DNA from: Acidobacteriota bacterium
GTDB lineage: Bacteria; Acidobacteriota; UBA890; WLXD01
Assembly (NCBI GenBank): GCA_965205505.1
Contig: CBDBHB010000006.1
Location: forward strand, 460,175 to 524,174
Length of the DNA: 64,000 nt
Reading direction: 5' to 3'
Each line of letters starts with the position of its first letter. The stretch's first letter is position 1. The notes beneath the pieces were generated by a model, which saw only the letters and a list, made by a program, of their open reading frames with translations, made no database searches and had not been told where the DNA came from. Made by a program: the position numbers and the translations under genes. Below are positions 1-9,107 of this stretch, in pieces.

Positions 1-390
1 CGATACCAGCGCCCTCGACTGCCGGAAGGCGGTGGTCTTGTCGATGAAGATACGGCTGGGCTTCTGGCCGGTCGTCGACGACGAGTGCAACTCTCGAACC
101 ACCCGTTCCGGCGCGACGGCCGAAAGTGCGAAACGCTTGAACATGGTGACCGGCAAGGGCGGCACATCGGCAACCCGTGTCCAGTCTGCCGGGCTCCCGC
201 CAAGGCGAGCGAGGAAGCGCGCATACGGTGGACAGGCTTCCGCCATCTGCTCGCACAGAGGTCGCAGGATCGCCAGAAGGTCGTGATCCTTATCGGCCTG
301 CTTCGACGAGAACTGATCTCCGGCGATCAACGCGGTGATCGCCGTGTCGACCTCGGCGCGGCACGCATCGGACAGCCCTGCGGTGCTCAT
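1..390 (-). CDS. LuxE-family acyl-protein synthetase (5' part; runs off the left edge)
   Basis: Not in the ORF track; translated by hand from ATG at 390 (ATGA overlap with the upstream stop): MSTAGLSDAC...CPPYARFL...DVPPLPVTMFKRFALS...LHSSSTTGQKPSRIFIDK. This matches the LuxE N-terminal pattern (PxLPVxxFK, SSxTTGxxxSxI). Confidence 0.75.
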   Translation of the reverse strand, partial: MSTAGLSDACRAEVDTAITALIAGDQFSSKQADKDHDLLAILRPLCEQMAEACPPYARFLARLGGSPADWTRVADVPPLPVTMFKRFALSAVAPERVVRELHSSSTTGQKPSRIFIDKTTAFRQSRALVS

Positions 391-1964
391 GCCTCAGATC
401 CGCAATCACTGGCCGCATCTCGCAGCTGCGCCTTCAAGACCTTACCGGCGGCGTTCTTCGGAAGGTGATTGGTGAGCTCGACGGTCGTCGGGATCATGTG
501 GTTGGGCAAATGGTCGTGGCAGTGACGCACGATCGATCGACCGCTGAGCTCCCCTTCGCGTACGGGCACCACAACCGCCTTGATCGCTTCCCCCCAGATC
601 TCGTCGGGAACGCCGATGACGGCCACTTCGACCACCTCTGGCAACGCCGCGATGACCTCCTCGATCTCTGTAGGGCTGACGCGTATCCCCATCGACTTGA
701 TGAAGTCACGGGCGCGGTCGACGATGAAGATGAACCCCTCCGCGTCGACGCGCGCCAGGTCGCCCGTTCGCAGCTTGCCATCGCCGAAGTACTTCTGCGT
801 TCCGGCGACATCGTTCCAATACCCCGGGCTCACGTTGTCACCCGTGGCGACGATCTCGCCGATTTCGACAGAGCCGGGGCGCACCGGCGAACCATCCTCT
901 TTCAGCACCTCCAAGACGGTCGACGGCAGGCCGCGGCCGATGGAGCCGAGCTTGTCGTCAAGCCGCTCCGGCGGAAGATAGGACAGCCTCGCGGTGGCCT
1001 CCGTCTGGCCGTACATCACGTACAAGTGCACGTCGGGAAAGGCCTCCCGCATTTCACGTATGAACGGCTCCGGCAATCTTCCACCTGCTTGCTGGAGCCA
1101 TCGGAGTGCCGGGAAATCGCGCTCCTTGAAATGGCTTCGGCGTAACAGGATCTGATAGGTCGACGGTACGCCGGCGAGCCCGGTACACCCCTTGGCCTCC
1201 ATGTCGTCGAGTACCTTCTCCGGAAACATGAAAGCGTTGTTGATTACCACCGACGCGCCCGCCGACAGATGTGCATGTAGGACCGACAGACCGTAGCAAT
1301 AGTGCAGCGGCAGCACCAACATCGCGCGGTCGGTCGGCACGAGCCCCATGTACTCGACAATGTCGCGCGTGTTGGTGGCGATGTTGCGATGCGTGACCAT
1401 GACACCCTTCGGCACTCCCGTGGAGCCGGCCGTGAGAAAAAGGGCCGCGAGAGTGCTCGATGGATCGAACGTGCCCGTCGATTCGACCTCTGCGGCGAGC
1501 GCGTCCCCCTCCAAGGGCTGATCGAGCTCTTCCTCGGACCACAGCTCGACCTCTGCGGCGGCCATGGCCCCGATGAGATCGGCATCTGGCGCCATCCGAG
1601 ACGATACGAGCATCAGCTGCATGTCGGTATCGATGGCGATGCGACGAAGTCGCTCGACTGGCAACGTCGTCGGCAAGGGAACAACGCATAGCCCGACGCG
1701 TATCGTCGCCAGGTAGGCAACGACGAAGAAAACGCCGTTCTCGGCCACCAGACCAACACGCGATCCTGGCGCGAGGCGTGGCGCGCGTAGACGCGCCGCC
1801 GCCCGGTCAACGCGGCGGCGAAGCTGCCTGTAGCTGACGTCTTCAGCACCGACCGACAGCACCAGATCGGACGCCTCCCCGGCGGCGAGCAGCTGTGAGG
1901 CGACATTATCCTGCGCTCTCTGCGGGGCAGGTTCGCAGGGGTCGGCAGCCGCGCTCTTGGTCAC
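387..1964 (-). CDS. AMP-dependent acyl-CoA/acyl-ACP ligase (ANL superfamily)
   Basis: Motifs LTAGSTGVPKGV, MYGQTEA, LRTGDL and LPKNAAGK. GTG start at 1964 overlaps the ACP stop (GTGA). Confidence 0.9.
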   Translation of the reverse strand: MTKSAAADPCEPAPQRAQDNVASQLLAAGEASDLVLSVGAEDVSYRQLRRRVDRAAARLRAPRLAPGSRVGLVAENGVFFVVAYLATIRVGLCVVPLPTTLPVERLRRIAIDTDMQLMLVSSRMAPDADLIGAMAAAEVELWSEEELDQPLEGDALAAEVESTGTFDPSSTLAALFLTAGSTGVPKGVMVTHRNIATNTRDIVEYMGLVPTDRAMLVLPLHYCYGLSVLHAHLSAGASVVINNAFMFPEKVLDDMEAKGCTGLAGVPSTYQILLRRSHFKERDFPALRWLQQAGGRLPEPFIREMREAFPDVHLYVMYGQTEATARLSYLPPERLDDKLGSIGRGLPSTVLEVLKEDGSPVRPGSVEIGEIVATGDNVSPGYWNDVAGTQKYFGDGKLRTGDLARVDAEGFIFIVDRARDFIKSMGIRVSPTEIEEVIAALPEVVEVAVIGVPDEIWGEAIKAVVVPVREGELSGRSIVRHCHDHLPNHMIPTTVELTNHLPKNAAGKVLKAQLRDAASDCGSEA

Positions 1965-2236
1965 CCGACCCCCTTGTTCGCCAGGATCTCGAGGATCTTC
2001 CGAACGTCGACCATCTCCATGATCTCGTCGACCTCGAACTCGACTCCGAAGGCGGCTTCCATCGCCGCCACCAGATTCATGTGTCCGATCGAATCCCATT
2101 TCCTGACGTCGTCGGGAACGGTGTCCGGATGGAAGCGGGCGGCATCGTGAGCGAAGGTCTGCTCGAACACCGCCGCCAGTCGCTCAACCAGAGCGCTGTC
2201 TTCCACAGGTAGTGAGTCGGCAGGCGATCCCGACAT
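1961..2236 (-). CDS. Acyl carrier protein
   Basis: 91 aa, acidic, with phosphopantetheine site WDSIGHMNL and EAAFGVEF. Confidence 0.9.
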   Translation of the reverse strand: MSGSPADSLPVEDSALVERLAAVFEQTFAHDAARFHPDTVPDDVRKWDSIGHMNLVAAMEAAFGVEFEVDEIMEMVDVRKILEILANKGVG

Positions 2237-2952
2237 CAGAGGGCCATGCCGCCATCAACAGAGAACACGGCTCCGGTGACGCCGACGGCGTCGTCTGAGA
2301 CCAACCAGCTCACCAGGCCGGCTACTTCGTCGACGCTTTGTAGTTTCCCGAGTGGTACGGCCTTTTCGATCATCGCGAACATGGCTCGACTGGTGAGGTT
2401 GGTCTTCACTGCGCCAGGCGCCACCGCCACGGCCCGGATCCCCGCCGCGGCATATTCGGCGGCGATGCTCCGTGTGTAGTGGATCAAGCCAGCCTTGGAC
2501 GCTGCGTACACTGATAGCTTCGGCGACGCCTTGATGCCGGCGACCGAGGCAATGTTGATAATCAGTCCCGGGGTCTGGCGCTCGCTCATCACCTTCAAAG
2601 CCGCGGCGCTGAGGCGAAGGGGCGCCGCCAGATTGGTCTGCAGTTGGTCACCGATCGTCGCGGCATCGGCATCATGAGCATTCTCAAAACGCATCACCCC
2701 GGCGTTGTTGATCAGCACGTCGAGGCCATCGCGGTCGGCGACGATCGACTCGAGCAGGCAAGCCGCGGCGTCCAGGTCTCGGACGTCGGCCTGGTGATAG
2801 CCGACCTTGGCGGCGAGCTCGCTGGAGCCTTCAGCCCACACTGCCGGCTCGCGCCGGGCGATGACCTCCACCGCGTGACCCTCAGCCGCCAGGCGACGCA
2901 CTATTGCCAGCCCAATGCCGGAGGATCCCCCGGTGACGACAATCTTCTTCAT
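2236..2952 (-). CDS. SDR family oxidoreductase (FabG-like)
   Basis: TGGSSGIG, NNAG, YAASK and VAPGAV motifs. Confidence 0.9.
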   Translation of the reverse strand: MKKIVVTGGSSGIGLAIVRRLAAEGHAVEVIARREPAVWAEGSSELAAKVGYHQADVRDLDAAACLLESIVADRDGLDVLINNAGVMRFENAHDADAATIGDQLQTNLAAPLRLSAAALKVMSERQTPGLIINIASVAGIKASPKLSVYAASKAGLIHYTRSIAAEYAAAGIRAVAVAPGAVKTNLTSRAMFAMIEKAVPLGKLQSVDEVAGLVSWLVSDDAVGVTGAVFSVDGGMAL

Positions 2953-2986
2953 TGGCTCTCCCCCAAAGAGCCTTCGCCCCCAAATT

Positions 2987-4063
2987 CTATATCACGTCCG
3001 GCGGCTTGGGACCCTCCCCCACGGCGACCGCAGACGACGAACCCGCAGGCGTAGCACGCGCCTGCGCGGATGTCACATCGCGTAGCCGTACGCCCTCGGC
3101 GGCCAAAACCCCGAATCCGAGCAACATCGGCGGAACGAACGTCAGCGTGTGAACCAGGAGCGAGTAGCCTAGCGCCTCGCTCTTGGGCACCCCGAAGATG
3201 CCCAGTGCGACGATGCAGCCTGCCTGAAAGGTGCCGACGAAACTGGGCGCCGCCGGGATCATCACAAACACCGCGACCAACGCCGTGGCAACGATGGCAA
3301 ACCTGAGGACGGGAACGCCGTAGCCGACGTCCATGCCCATCGCCAACGCCACGAGCGCGAACGGCGCGGCGAGCGTCGCCCAGACATAGGCGCTGGCCAA
3401 CAGCAGCGTCAGCAGTTGGCGCAAGTCCGTCAACGCATGCAGGCCATCGACAAAGGAGTGGACAGAAGCGCCCACAGGGGCGCCGATCCTTTTCGGCAAC
3501 CGGTCGATGAACCGGTCGAGCCACCGAAGCGACATGTCCTGAAACAGGATCAGAGCCAGGATCAGCGCCGTCACCAGGCCGGCAACCGCGGCGAGCAACC
3601 GTACCGCACCGGCCACCTGAGGACCCGCGCCTTCCGGGATCGGCACCAACATAATGGCGACAGCCAGCATCGCACCGACGGTCACCAAGTCGAAAACTCG
3701 CTCCAACACGACGGTGGCGAACGCTGTCGAGAACGGCAGCTTCTCTTTCCGCGCGATCGAGTAGGCCTTGACGGCCTCGCCGGCGCGGAGCGGCAGCACG
3801 GCGTTGGCGGCGTACCCGACCGCCTGCGAGGCGAACAGAGTGCGGGTTGCTACCGGCCGCAGATGTGCGAACAGCATCTTCCAGCGCTGCGCCCGAGCGT
3901 AGACTGACAACAACGAGACGCCGGCAACCAGCCCCAACCACCCGGGTTTCGCGCTCCGCATGGCCCCCCACACCTCCGCCATCAAGACGTCACGGGTGAC
4001 GACCCAAAGGAACAGTGCGCTCACCGCAATTCCGACCGCCAGCTGCAGATACCGCTTGTTCAC
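2987..4063 (-). CDS. Lysylphosphatidylglycerol-synthase TM-region / UPF0104 flippase-like membrane protein
   Basis: Multi-pass TM protein with RAQRW, GYAANAVLPLRAGE, VVLERVFD and IPAAPSFVGTF family motifs. Confidence 0.85.
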   Translation of the reverse strand: MNKRYLQLAVGIAVSALFLWVVTRDVLMAEVWGAMRSAKPGWLGLVAGVSLLSVYARAQRWKMLFAHLRPVATRTLFASQAVGYAANAVLPLRAGEAVKAYSIARKEKLPFSTAFATVVLERVFDLVTVGAMLAVAIMLVPIPEGAGPQVAGAVRLLAAVAGLVTALILALILFQDMSLRWLDRFIDRLPKRIGAPVGASVHSFVDGLHALTDLRQLLTLLLASAYVWATLAAPFALVALAMGMDVGYGVPVLRFAIVATALVAVFVMIPAAPSFVGTFQAGCIVALGIFGVPKSEALGYSLLVHTLTFVPPMLLGFGVLAAEGVRLRDVTSAQARATPAGSSSAVAVGEGPKPPDVI

Positions 4064-4143
4064 GGACGAGGCTCGTTGCGACGCTTCGGGCGGGTGCTCG
4101 GTTCGACTAGGGAGAGCATGGTGGAGGGAGTTTAAGGCAAAGG

Positions 4144-4173
4144 AAAAGCCCGGGAGCGCGTGCGCTCCCGGGC
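4144..4173 (-). terminator. Rho-independent terminator after hsp20
   Basis: Inverted repeat GCCCGGGAGCGC/GCGCTCCCGGGC (4148-4173) followed on the minus strand by TTTTCCTTT, about 30 nt after the hsp20 stop. Confidence 0.75.
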
Positions 4174-4203
4174 CACGGGAACCGATGGATCCACCGGTGA
4201 CAG

Positions 4204-4653
4204 CTAGTTGACGGTCACCTCGATCTTCTTCGGCTTGGCCTGCTCGGCCTTTGGAAGGCTGATCACCAACACGCCGTTGTGGAACTGCGCGTCGATGTGC
4301 TCCTGATCCACCGCGGTCGGCAAGGTAAAGACGCGTCGGAAGCTCCCGTAGCTGCTCTCGATGCGCCGGTAGTGGCCATCCGAAGCGTCGTGCTGGAACG
4401 TCTTCTCACCCTTGAGGGTGAGCTTGCTGTCCTCCAAGGTGATCTCGACGTCCTCTTCGGTGAGGCCGGGGAGCTCGGCGCGCAGCAGAATCTGATCCTC
4501 CTGCTCGATAACGTCCATGGCCGGCGCCCACCCTGCCGTATCGGCGGGTGAAGGGCTCTCGAAGAGGCGCCCCCAGTTACCGGCGGATATGGTGCCAAAA
4601 CGGCGCTGCAGGAGCGCCAGGTCGGGGAATGTGTTGGTGCGACGGACCAGCAT
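4204..4653 (-). CDS. Hsp20/alpha-crystallin small heat shock protein
   Basis: WAPAMDV, AELPGL, YGSFRRVFTLP and NGVLVISLPK motifs. ATG at 4653 has an AAGGAGG RBS. Confidence 0.93.
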   Translation of the reverse strand: MLVRRTNTFPDLALLQRRFGTISAGNWGRLFESPSPADTAGWAPAMDVIEQEDQILLRAELPGLTEEDVEITLEDSKLTLKGEKTFQHDASDGHYRRIESSYGSFRRVFTLPTAVDQEHIDAQFHNGVLVISLPKAEQAKPKKIEVTVN

Positions 4654-4795
4654 TTGTAGTCCTCCTTCAGGAATTGAAAGCCGATTGGCAAGAGCCACCG
4701 GCGGGCAAATCGCCGGAGCTGAGTTACACGTCGGGGGCCTCGAAACCTGTCGCGGGTTCCCCGTCATTTCCTTATCAGCTGTCGACATCATAAAA

Positions 4796-4816
4796 CTTGC
4801 TGGTTTCTTACTCAAG
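4796..4816. promoter_or_regulatory. HAIR-like (HspR operator) inverted repeat upstream of hsp20
   Basis: CTTGCTG-N7-ACTCAAG versus the HAIR consensus CTTGAGT-N7-ACTCAAG, inside an AT-rich promoter patch. Confidence 0.6.
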
Positions 4817-4936
4817 TCTTATTATGACCAATACTTAGATTATGAATCTAGCACAGGACGTGAGACGTGCCGGCGACGTAAGTTACTGAACAATAATGAG
4901 TTACCGCCGCGGACGAAACTTCTTCGATGGCGGTGC

Positions 4937-5842
4937 TCAGAGGGACGACTTCAGATCCGGATGGTTGGCGGCGAAATATCGCCCCATTGCATGCCGCCAG
5001 TGCGGCAGATCCGGCAACCCCAGGTCGCGCAGCGCGGCGTTGTCCAGAGCGGTGTAGTCGGAGCGCTTGGCCGGCGCCCCGAACTCGGTGGCTGTCGTGG
5101 GCCCCAGCCAGCGCCGCGCGCCGACAGCTTCGAAAGCAATCTCCGCGATCTCGAACCAGGTGGCCTGTCCCTTATTGGCAACGTGGAACAGACCGCAGGC
5201 GCCGCAGTCCAGGAGCCCCCAGATGGCCGACGCCAGGTCGAGCGCGTACGTAGGACTGACGACCTGATCGTTCACCACTCGCGTCTCTGCCCCCTGCCGG
5301 GCGCGCTCGAGCATACGCTCGATGAACGGAGGGGTCCCGTGTCCCGAGCGAGCTCTCCCGTATACGGCCGACGTACGCACCACGGTGTGCATCTCCGAAG
5401 CCGCCAGGACCAGGTGTTCACCGGCAAGCTTGGAAGCGGCATAGACATTCTGAGGCGCCGGCAGGTCGGTCTCGCGGAACGGCACGCGACGCGGACCACC
5501 GAACACGTAGTCGGTCGACAGGTGAACCAGTCGCGTCGCCGCTCGCTTGCAGGAGCGAGCCAGCATGCCGGCCGCCACCGCGTTCACTCGGAAGGCCTGT
5601 GCAGGCTCGGTCTCACACAGGTCGACGGGCTGGAATACAGCGCAGTTGATGGCGGCGCCGGCCCGATGCTCCTGGAGCAGATCCTCGACGCGCTTCTCGT
5701 CGGTGATATCGGCATCGCCGCGACCGAGCTGCACGATATGCGCGGGGTCGCGCCCCGCGACCTCCGCAGTGGTGGCAAGCGCCTCCCCTACCTGGCCGTA
5801 GCCGCCGAAGACAAGGACCCTATCGGGTGAAGCTATAACCAC
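4937..5842 (-). CDS. rfbD: dTDP-4-dehydrorhamnose reductase
   Basis: GGYGQVG, HLSTDYVFGG, YAASKLAGE and VVNDQVVSPTY motifs. Start is uncertain and overlaps the end of mlaD. Confidence 0.9.
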   Translation of the reverse strand: MVIASPDRVLVFGGYGQVGEALATTAEVAGRDPAHIVQLGRGDADITDEKRVEDLLQEHRAGAAINCAVFQPVDLCETEPAQAFRVNAVAAGMLARSCKRAATRLVHLSTDYVFGGPRRVPFRETDLPAPQNVYAASKLAGEHLVLAASEMHTVVRTSAVYGRARSGHGTPPFIERMLERARQGAETRVVNDQVVSPTYALDLASAIWGLLDCGACGLFHVANKGQATWFEIAEIAFEAVGARRWLGPTTATEFGAPAKRSDYTALDNAALRDLGLPDLPHWRHAMGRYFAANHPDLKSSL

Positions 5843-7286
5843 CTCCGAGATAGTAACTACGCAGCCCCGAACGCAGCGCGTCGTCCCATCCGCCGGTTAG
5901 GAAGAAGCGGCTGCCCAGGTTCCACTGAAACCGCAGCTTGACGTGCGGATCGGGGTCGCGGCCAAGATCCCAAACTTCGCCGATGAATCGCAACCGATCC
6001 TGTACGGCGAAGTAGTCGATCCCGAAACCCGCCTGCGACTCGAGAATGCCGCCGCGCACCTGTACCCGGCCGAAGCGTTGCGCCATCACTGCGCTAACCC
6101 GAAACCCCTCGCTGCGGACGAGCTTGCGCTCGACCGTCGTAGTCAACAAGTCACCGGTGAATGGGTGGAACGTCTGCGTCGTGATGTTGGTCTCGGTGAT
6201 GCCCCCGATGTTGTCGTCGACGAGATGAAACTCGAAACCGCGGCCCGATCCCAGATCACCGAGCTCCATGCGAATCCCGAAGTAGTTCTTGCTGGACTCG
6301 AGGCGCTGATAGAACTCCGATCGCCACTCGAAGCTGAACTGGGCCTCACCAACACGACGAAAGAACGTGTCGGCGGCGGCCAGGCTGTCATCGACCGAGT
6401 CGAGGGCCTCGTTGAGTCGATCGATCGTGTCCGACTCGTTGACCAATCTCCCCACCGTCCCTTCGCCGCGGTTCGCCTTACCGAGGATCTCTTCCAGATC
6501 GGCCGCGGAGCGATTCAGTCGCTCGGTAACTTCGCGTAGGTTCGCGCCGGCGCTGCCAAGTCCGTCGCCGCTGCGACCCATGACCTCGGACACGTCCGCC
6601 GACAAGCTGTGCATCTGGTCGATCAACTGGGGCAGGCTCTCCTTGAGCGTTGCCGACAGCTCGTTGATGTTGCCGAACGCTGCGTCCATGTTGCCAAAGC
6701 CGGAGTCGATGATGGCGCGATTCGCCGACAGGATCTCATCAAAGCGTCCCGTAACACTCTGAACACTAATGAGAATCTCGCGAAGCGATGCCTCACCCTC
6801 TTCGGTGCCGAGCACCGACGATAAGGTGCGCGTCGTGAGTTCGAGGTTGCGCCCGATGCTCGACATGACTTCGACCAACTGGTCGACCGAAACGGGATCC
6901 CCGCCGCGGATCCATCCACCTTCCGCCACGAGCGGACGTTCGGGTGAGCCCGGCCGCAGATCGAGCACACGGTCTCCGAGCATCCCGGTGGACCCGACGA
7001 TCGCCACTGCATCATCGTGCACCTCCACGGCGCGCAACAGTTGAAGCTCGACCTCCGCAACACCCTCCCGCATGTTTAGCCGCACCGCCGACACCCTGCC
7101 GACACGTACCCCTGCAAGCATGGCGGGGTCGTCTACTCCAAGGCCGGCAGCATTCTCGAATCGGACGTTGATCACGTAGCTGTCCGCACTCTGGAAGCTA
7201 CCTATGTCCTCGATCTTGATGACGAAATAGGCCAGGGCCACGATCGCCACCAGAACCACCACGCCGACCTTGATTTCCGTACGCAT
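5820..7286 (-). CDS. mlaD: MCE/MlaD family protein with long helical region and beta-rich C-terminal domain
   Basis: N-terminal TM (EIKVGVVVLV), MCE domain (FENAAGL...GVRVGRV...GMLGDRVLDLRPGS), helical linker (GEGTVGRLVN) and C-terminal alternating beta-strands ending YYLGGGYSFTR. Confidence 0.88.
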   Translation of the reverse strand: MRTEIKVGVVVLVAIVALAYFVIKIEDIGSFQSADSYVINVRFENAAGLGVDDPAMLAGVRVGRVSAVRLNMREGVAEVELQLLRAVEVHDDAVAIVGSTGMLGDRVLDLRPGSPERPLVAEGGWIRGGDPVSVDQLVEVMSSIGRNLELTTRTLSSVLGTEEGEASLREILISVQSVTGRFDEILSANRAIIDSGFGNMDAAFGNINELSATLKESLPQLIDQMHSLSADVSEVMGRSGDGLGSAGANLREVTERLNRSAADLEEILGKANRGEGTVGRLVNESDTIDRLNEALDSVDDSLAAADTFFRRVGEAQFSFEWRSEFYQRLESSKNYFGIRMELGDLGSGRGFEFHLVDDNIGGITETNITTQTFHPFTGDLLTTTVERKLVRSEGFRVSAVMAQRFGRVQVRGGILESQAGFGIDYFAVQDRLRFIGEVWDLGRDPDPHVKLRFQWNLGSRFFLTGGWDDALRSGLRSYYLGGGYSFTR

Positions 7287-7465
7287 GCGCTTGCCTCCGC
7301 AAGATCGCCGGGTATCCGCTCTTCAAGCTACCTTGCAGGACTAAGAATAGCGGCTGCCCGGCACCGGTGCGCGGTTCCCCGCTTTTCCACCATGTTAGAT
7401 TGCGCAGCTCCAAGTTTCGCGGCCATACTGGTTCGCCGTCTGACAATCTAGGAGCAGCGAGTCTC

Positions 7466-8038
7466 ATGCCCCTCGAAGTCGCGCCGACGGACATCCCCGA
7501 TGTGCTCTTGATCCGGTCGGAGCTGCTCCGCGATAGCCGTGGTGGCTTCCTCGAGACCTTCCGGCACTCCGTGCTTGCCGCGCAGGGAGCTGACGTTCGT
7601 GTAGCACAGGTCAACGAGTCCATCTCGGAGGCCAAGGTGCTGCGTGGGTTGCACTATCAGCTAGAGCCAAATGGGCAGGGCAAGCTGGTGCGGGTGTTGC
7701 GCGGCGCCGTGTTTGACGTTGCCCTGGATGTGCGGCGCGGTTCGCCCTGGTTCGGCCAGCACGTCGCGATCGAGCTCAGCGCCGAGAACCGAAGCCTGCT
7801 ATGGATCCCGCCGGGATTCGCACACGGATTCTGCGCGCTCGAGGACGACACCCACTTCCTCTACGTGCAAACAGCCGAGTATGCCCCCGAATCGGAAGCT
7901 GGAGTCAACGCCTTCGATCCGGCGTTGGGTCTTCAGTGGCCGTTCCCACGCGACGACGTGATCCTGTCGGACAAGGATCTGGAGCTGCCGTCACTATCGT
8001 CCGCCCGCCTGAACTTCGACTATCGTGCAAGGCCGTGA
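7466..8038 (+). CDS. rfbC: dTDP-4-dehydrorhamnose 3,5-epimerase
   Basis: DSRGGFLETF, VLRGLHYQ, QGKLVRV and LWIPPGFAHGF motifs. ATG at 7466. Confidence 0.93.
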   Translation: MPLEVAPTDIPDVLLIRSELLRDSRGGFLETFRHSVLAAQGADVRVAQVNESISEAKVLRGLHYQLEPNGQGKLVRVLRGAVFDVALDVRRGSPWFGQHVAIELSAENRSLLWIPPGFAHGFCALEDDTHFLYVQTAEYAPESEAGVNAFDPALGLQWPFPRDDVILSDKDLELPSLSSARLNFDYRARP

Positions 8039-8051
8039 TCGCGCTCGCAGG

Positions 8052-8330
8052 CTAGCAGGCCGTGGTGAAAGTGTGGTGGGTCTGGTTACGGCGAGTTGGG
8101 GCCAGATGCAAGGCGGCCTGACACTGGCGATGACCTAGCCATCGTCGAGGAAGGCCAACGTCGCAGATGGCCCCAAATCGCCGTAACCCTTCGGGCGACA
8201 GGGGGTTGCGCGCGTATCCTGCGTCGTTCCTCGTCAACGATGGGGTAACCATCGCCTCCTCCTCTCTCCTTGCCTGCACTTCGCAAGACCCTGTCGCCAG
8301 ACCCACCACACTTTCACCACGGCCTGCTAG
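8052..8330. mobile_element. 279-bp MITE-like element with 34-bp perfect terminal inverted repeats including CTAG
   Basis: CTAGCAGGCCGTGGTGAAAGTGTGGTGGGTCTGG (8052-8085) and its exact reverse complement (8297-8330). No credible ORF; lies between convergent rfbC and mlaF. Confidence 0.85.
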
Positions 8331-8345
8331 GCACGTTCCCCACGT

Positions 8346-9107
8346 CTACATCATCTTGATCGGCCCGTCCGCGCGCCCGTTGATGAACTGCTGGATGACC
8401 GCGTTGTCGCTGGCCTGGATCTGCTGCGGAGTGCCGGCTTCCTCGATCTTGCCCTCATGAAGCATCGCGATTCGATCGGCGATCTTGTATGCCGACACCA
8501 TGTCGTGCGTGATGGTCAGCGAAGTCGCGTTAAGCCGCGTGTTGAGGTCGACGATCAGATCGTTGATCTGGTCGGCAAGAATAGGGTCGAGGCCGCTCGT
8601 GGGCTCATCGTAGAGAATGATCTCTGGCTCGAGCGCAATGGCCCGAGCCAGCCCCACGCGCTTCTTCATGCCGCCCGAAAGCTCGGCAGGCACCTTGCCC
8701 TCGATGCCCTTGAGACCCACCCAGCGGAGCACCTCACGCACCCGCTCCTGCACGCGCGCCTCGGGCCAGTCGCGTTGTTGGCGTAGCGCGAAAGCAACAT
8801 TGTCGCCGACGTTCATCGAGTCAAACAGTGCGGCGTACTGAAAGAGCATGCCCATGCGTCGGCGGAGCCTGGAGAGAGCATCACGTCCGAGCCCGGGAAC
8901 CGACGACCCATCGACAACCAAGTCGCCGTGATCGGGTGCCAGCAAACCGATCACGTGCTTGAGCAGCACGCTCTTGCCGGTACCCGAGCTGCCGATAATC
9001 ACCAGCGATTCGCCGCGGGCAACGTCGAGATCGACACCGCGCAATACATGCAGTTCGCCGAAGCTCTTGTGCAGATCGCTGATACGGATGAATGACTGTT
9101 CGCTCAC
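8346..9107 (-). CDS. mlaF: ABC transporter ATP-binding protein MlaF
   Basis: GSSGTGKS, GMLFQYAALFDSM, LSGGMKKRVGLARA, YDEPTSGLDP and ITHD motifs. GTG start overlaps the mlaE stop. Confidence 0.92.
   Translation of the reverse strand: MSEQSFIRISDLHKSFGELHVLRGVDLDVARGESLVIIGSSGTGKSVLLKHVIGLLAPDHGDLVVDGSSVPGLGRDALSRLRRRMGMLFQYAALFDSMNVGDNVAFALRQQRDWPEARVQERVREVLRWVGLKGIEGKVPAELSGGMKKRVGLARAIALEPEIILYDEPTSGLDPILADQINDLIVDLNTRLNATSLTITHDMVSAYKIADRIAMLHEGKIEEAGTPQQIQASDNAVIQQFINGRADGPIKMM

Noticed and set aside
1-390. Bioluminescence lux operon
   Set aside because: No luxA, luxB or luxD in the window; the ACP/ligase/SDR context is that of non-luminescent LuxE homologs.
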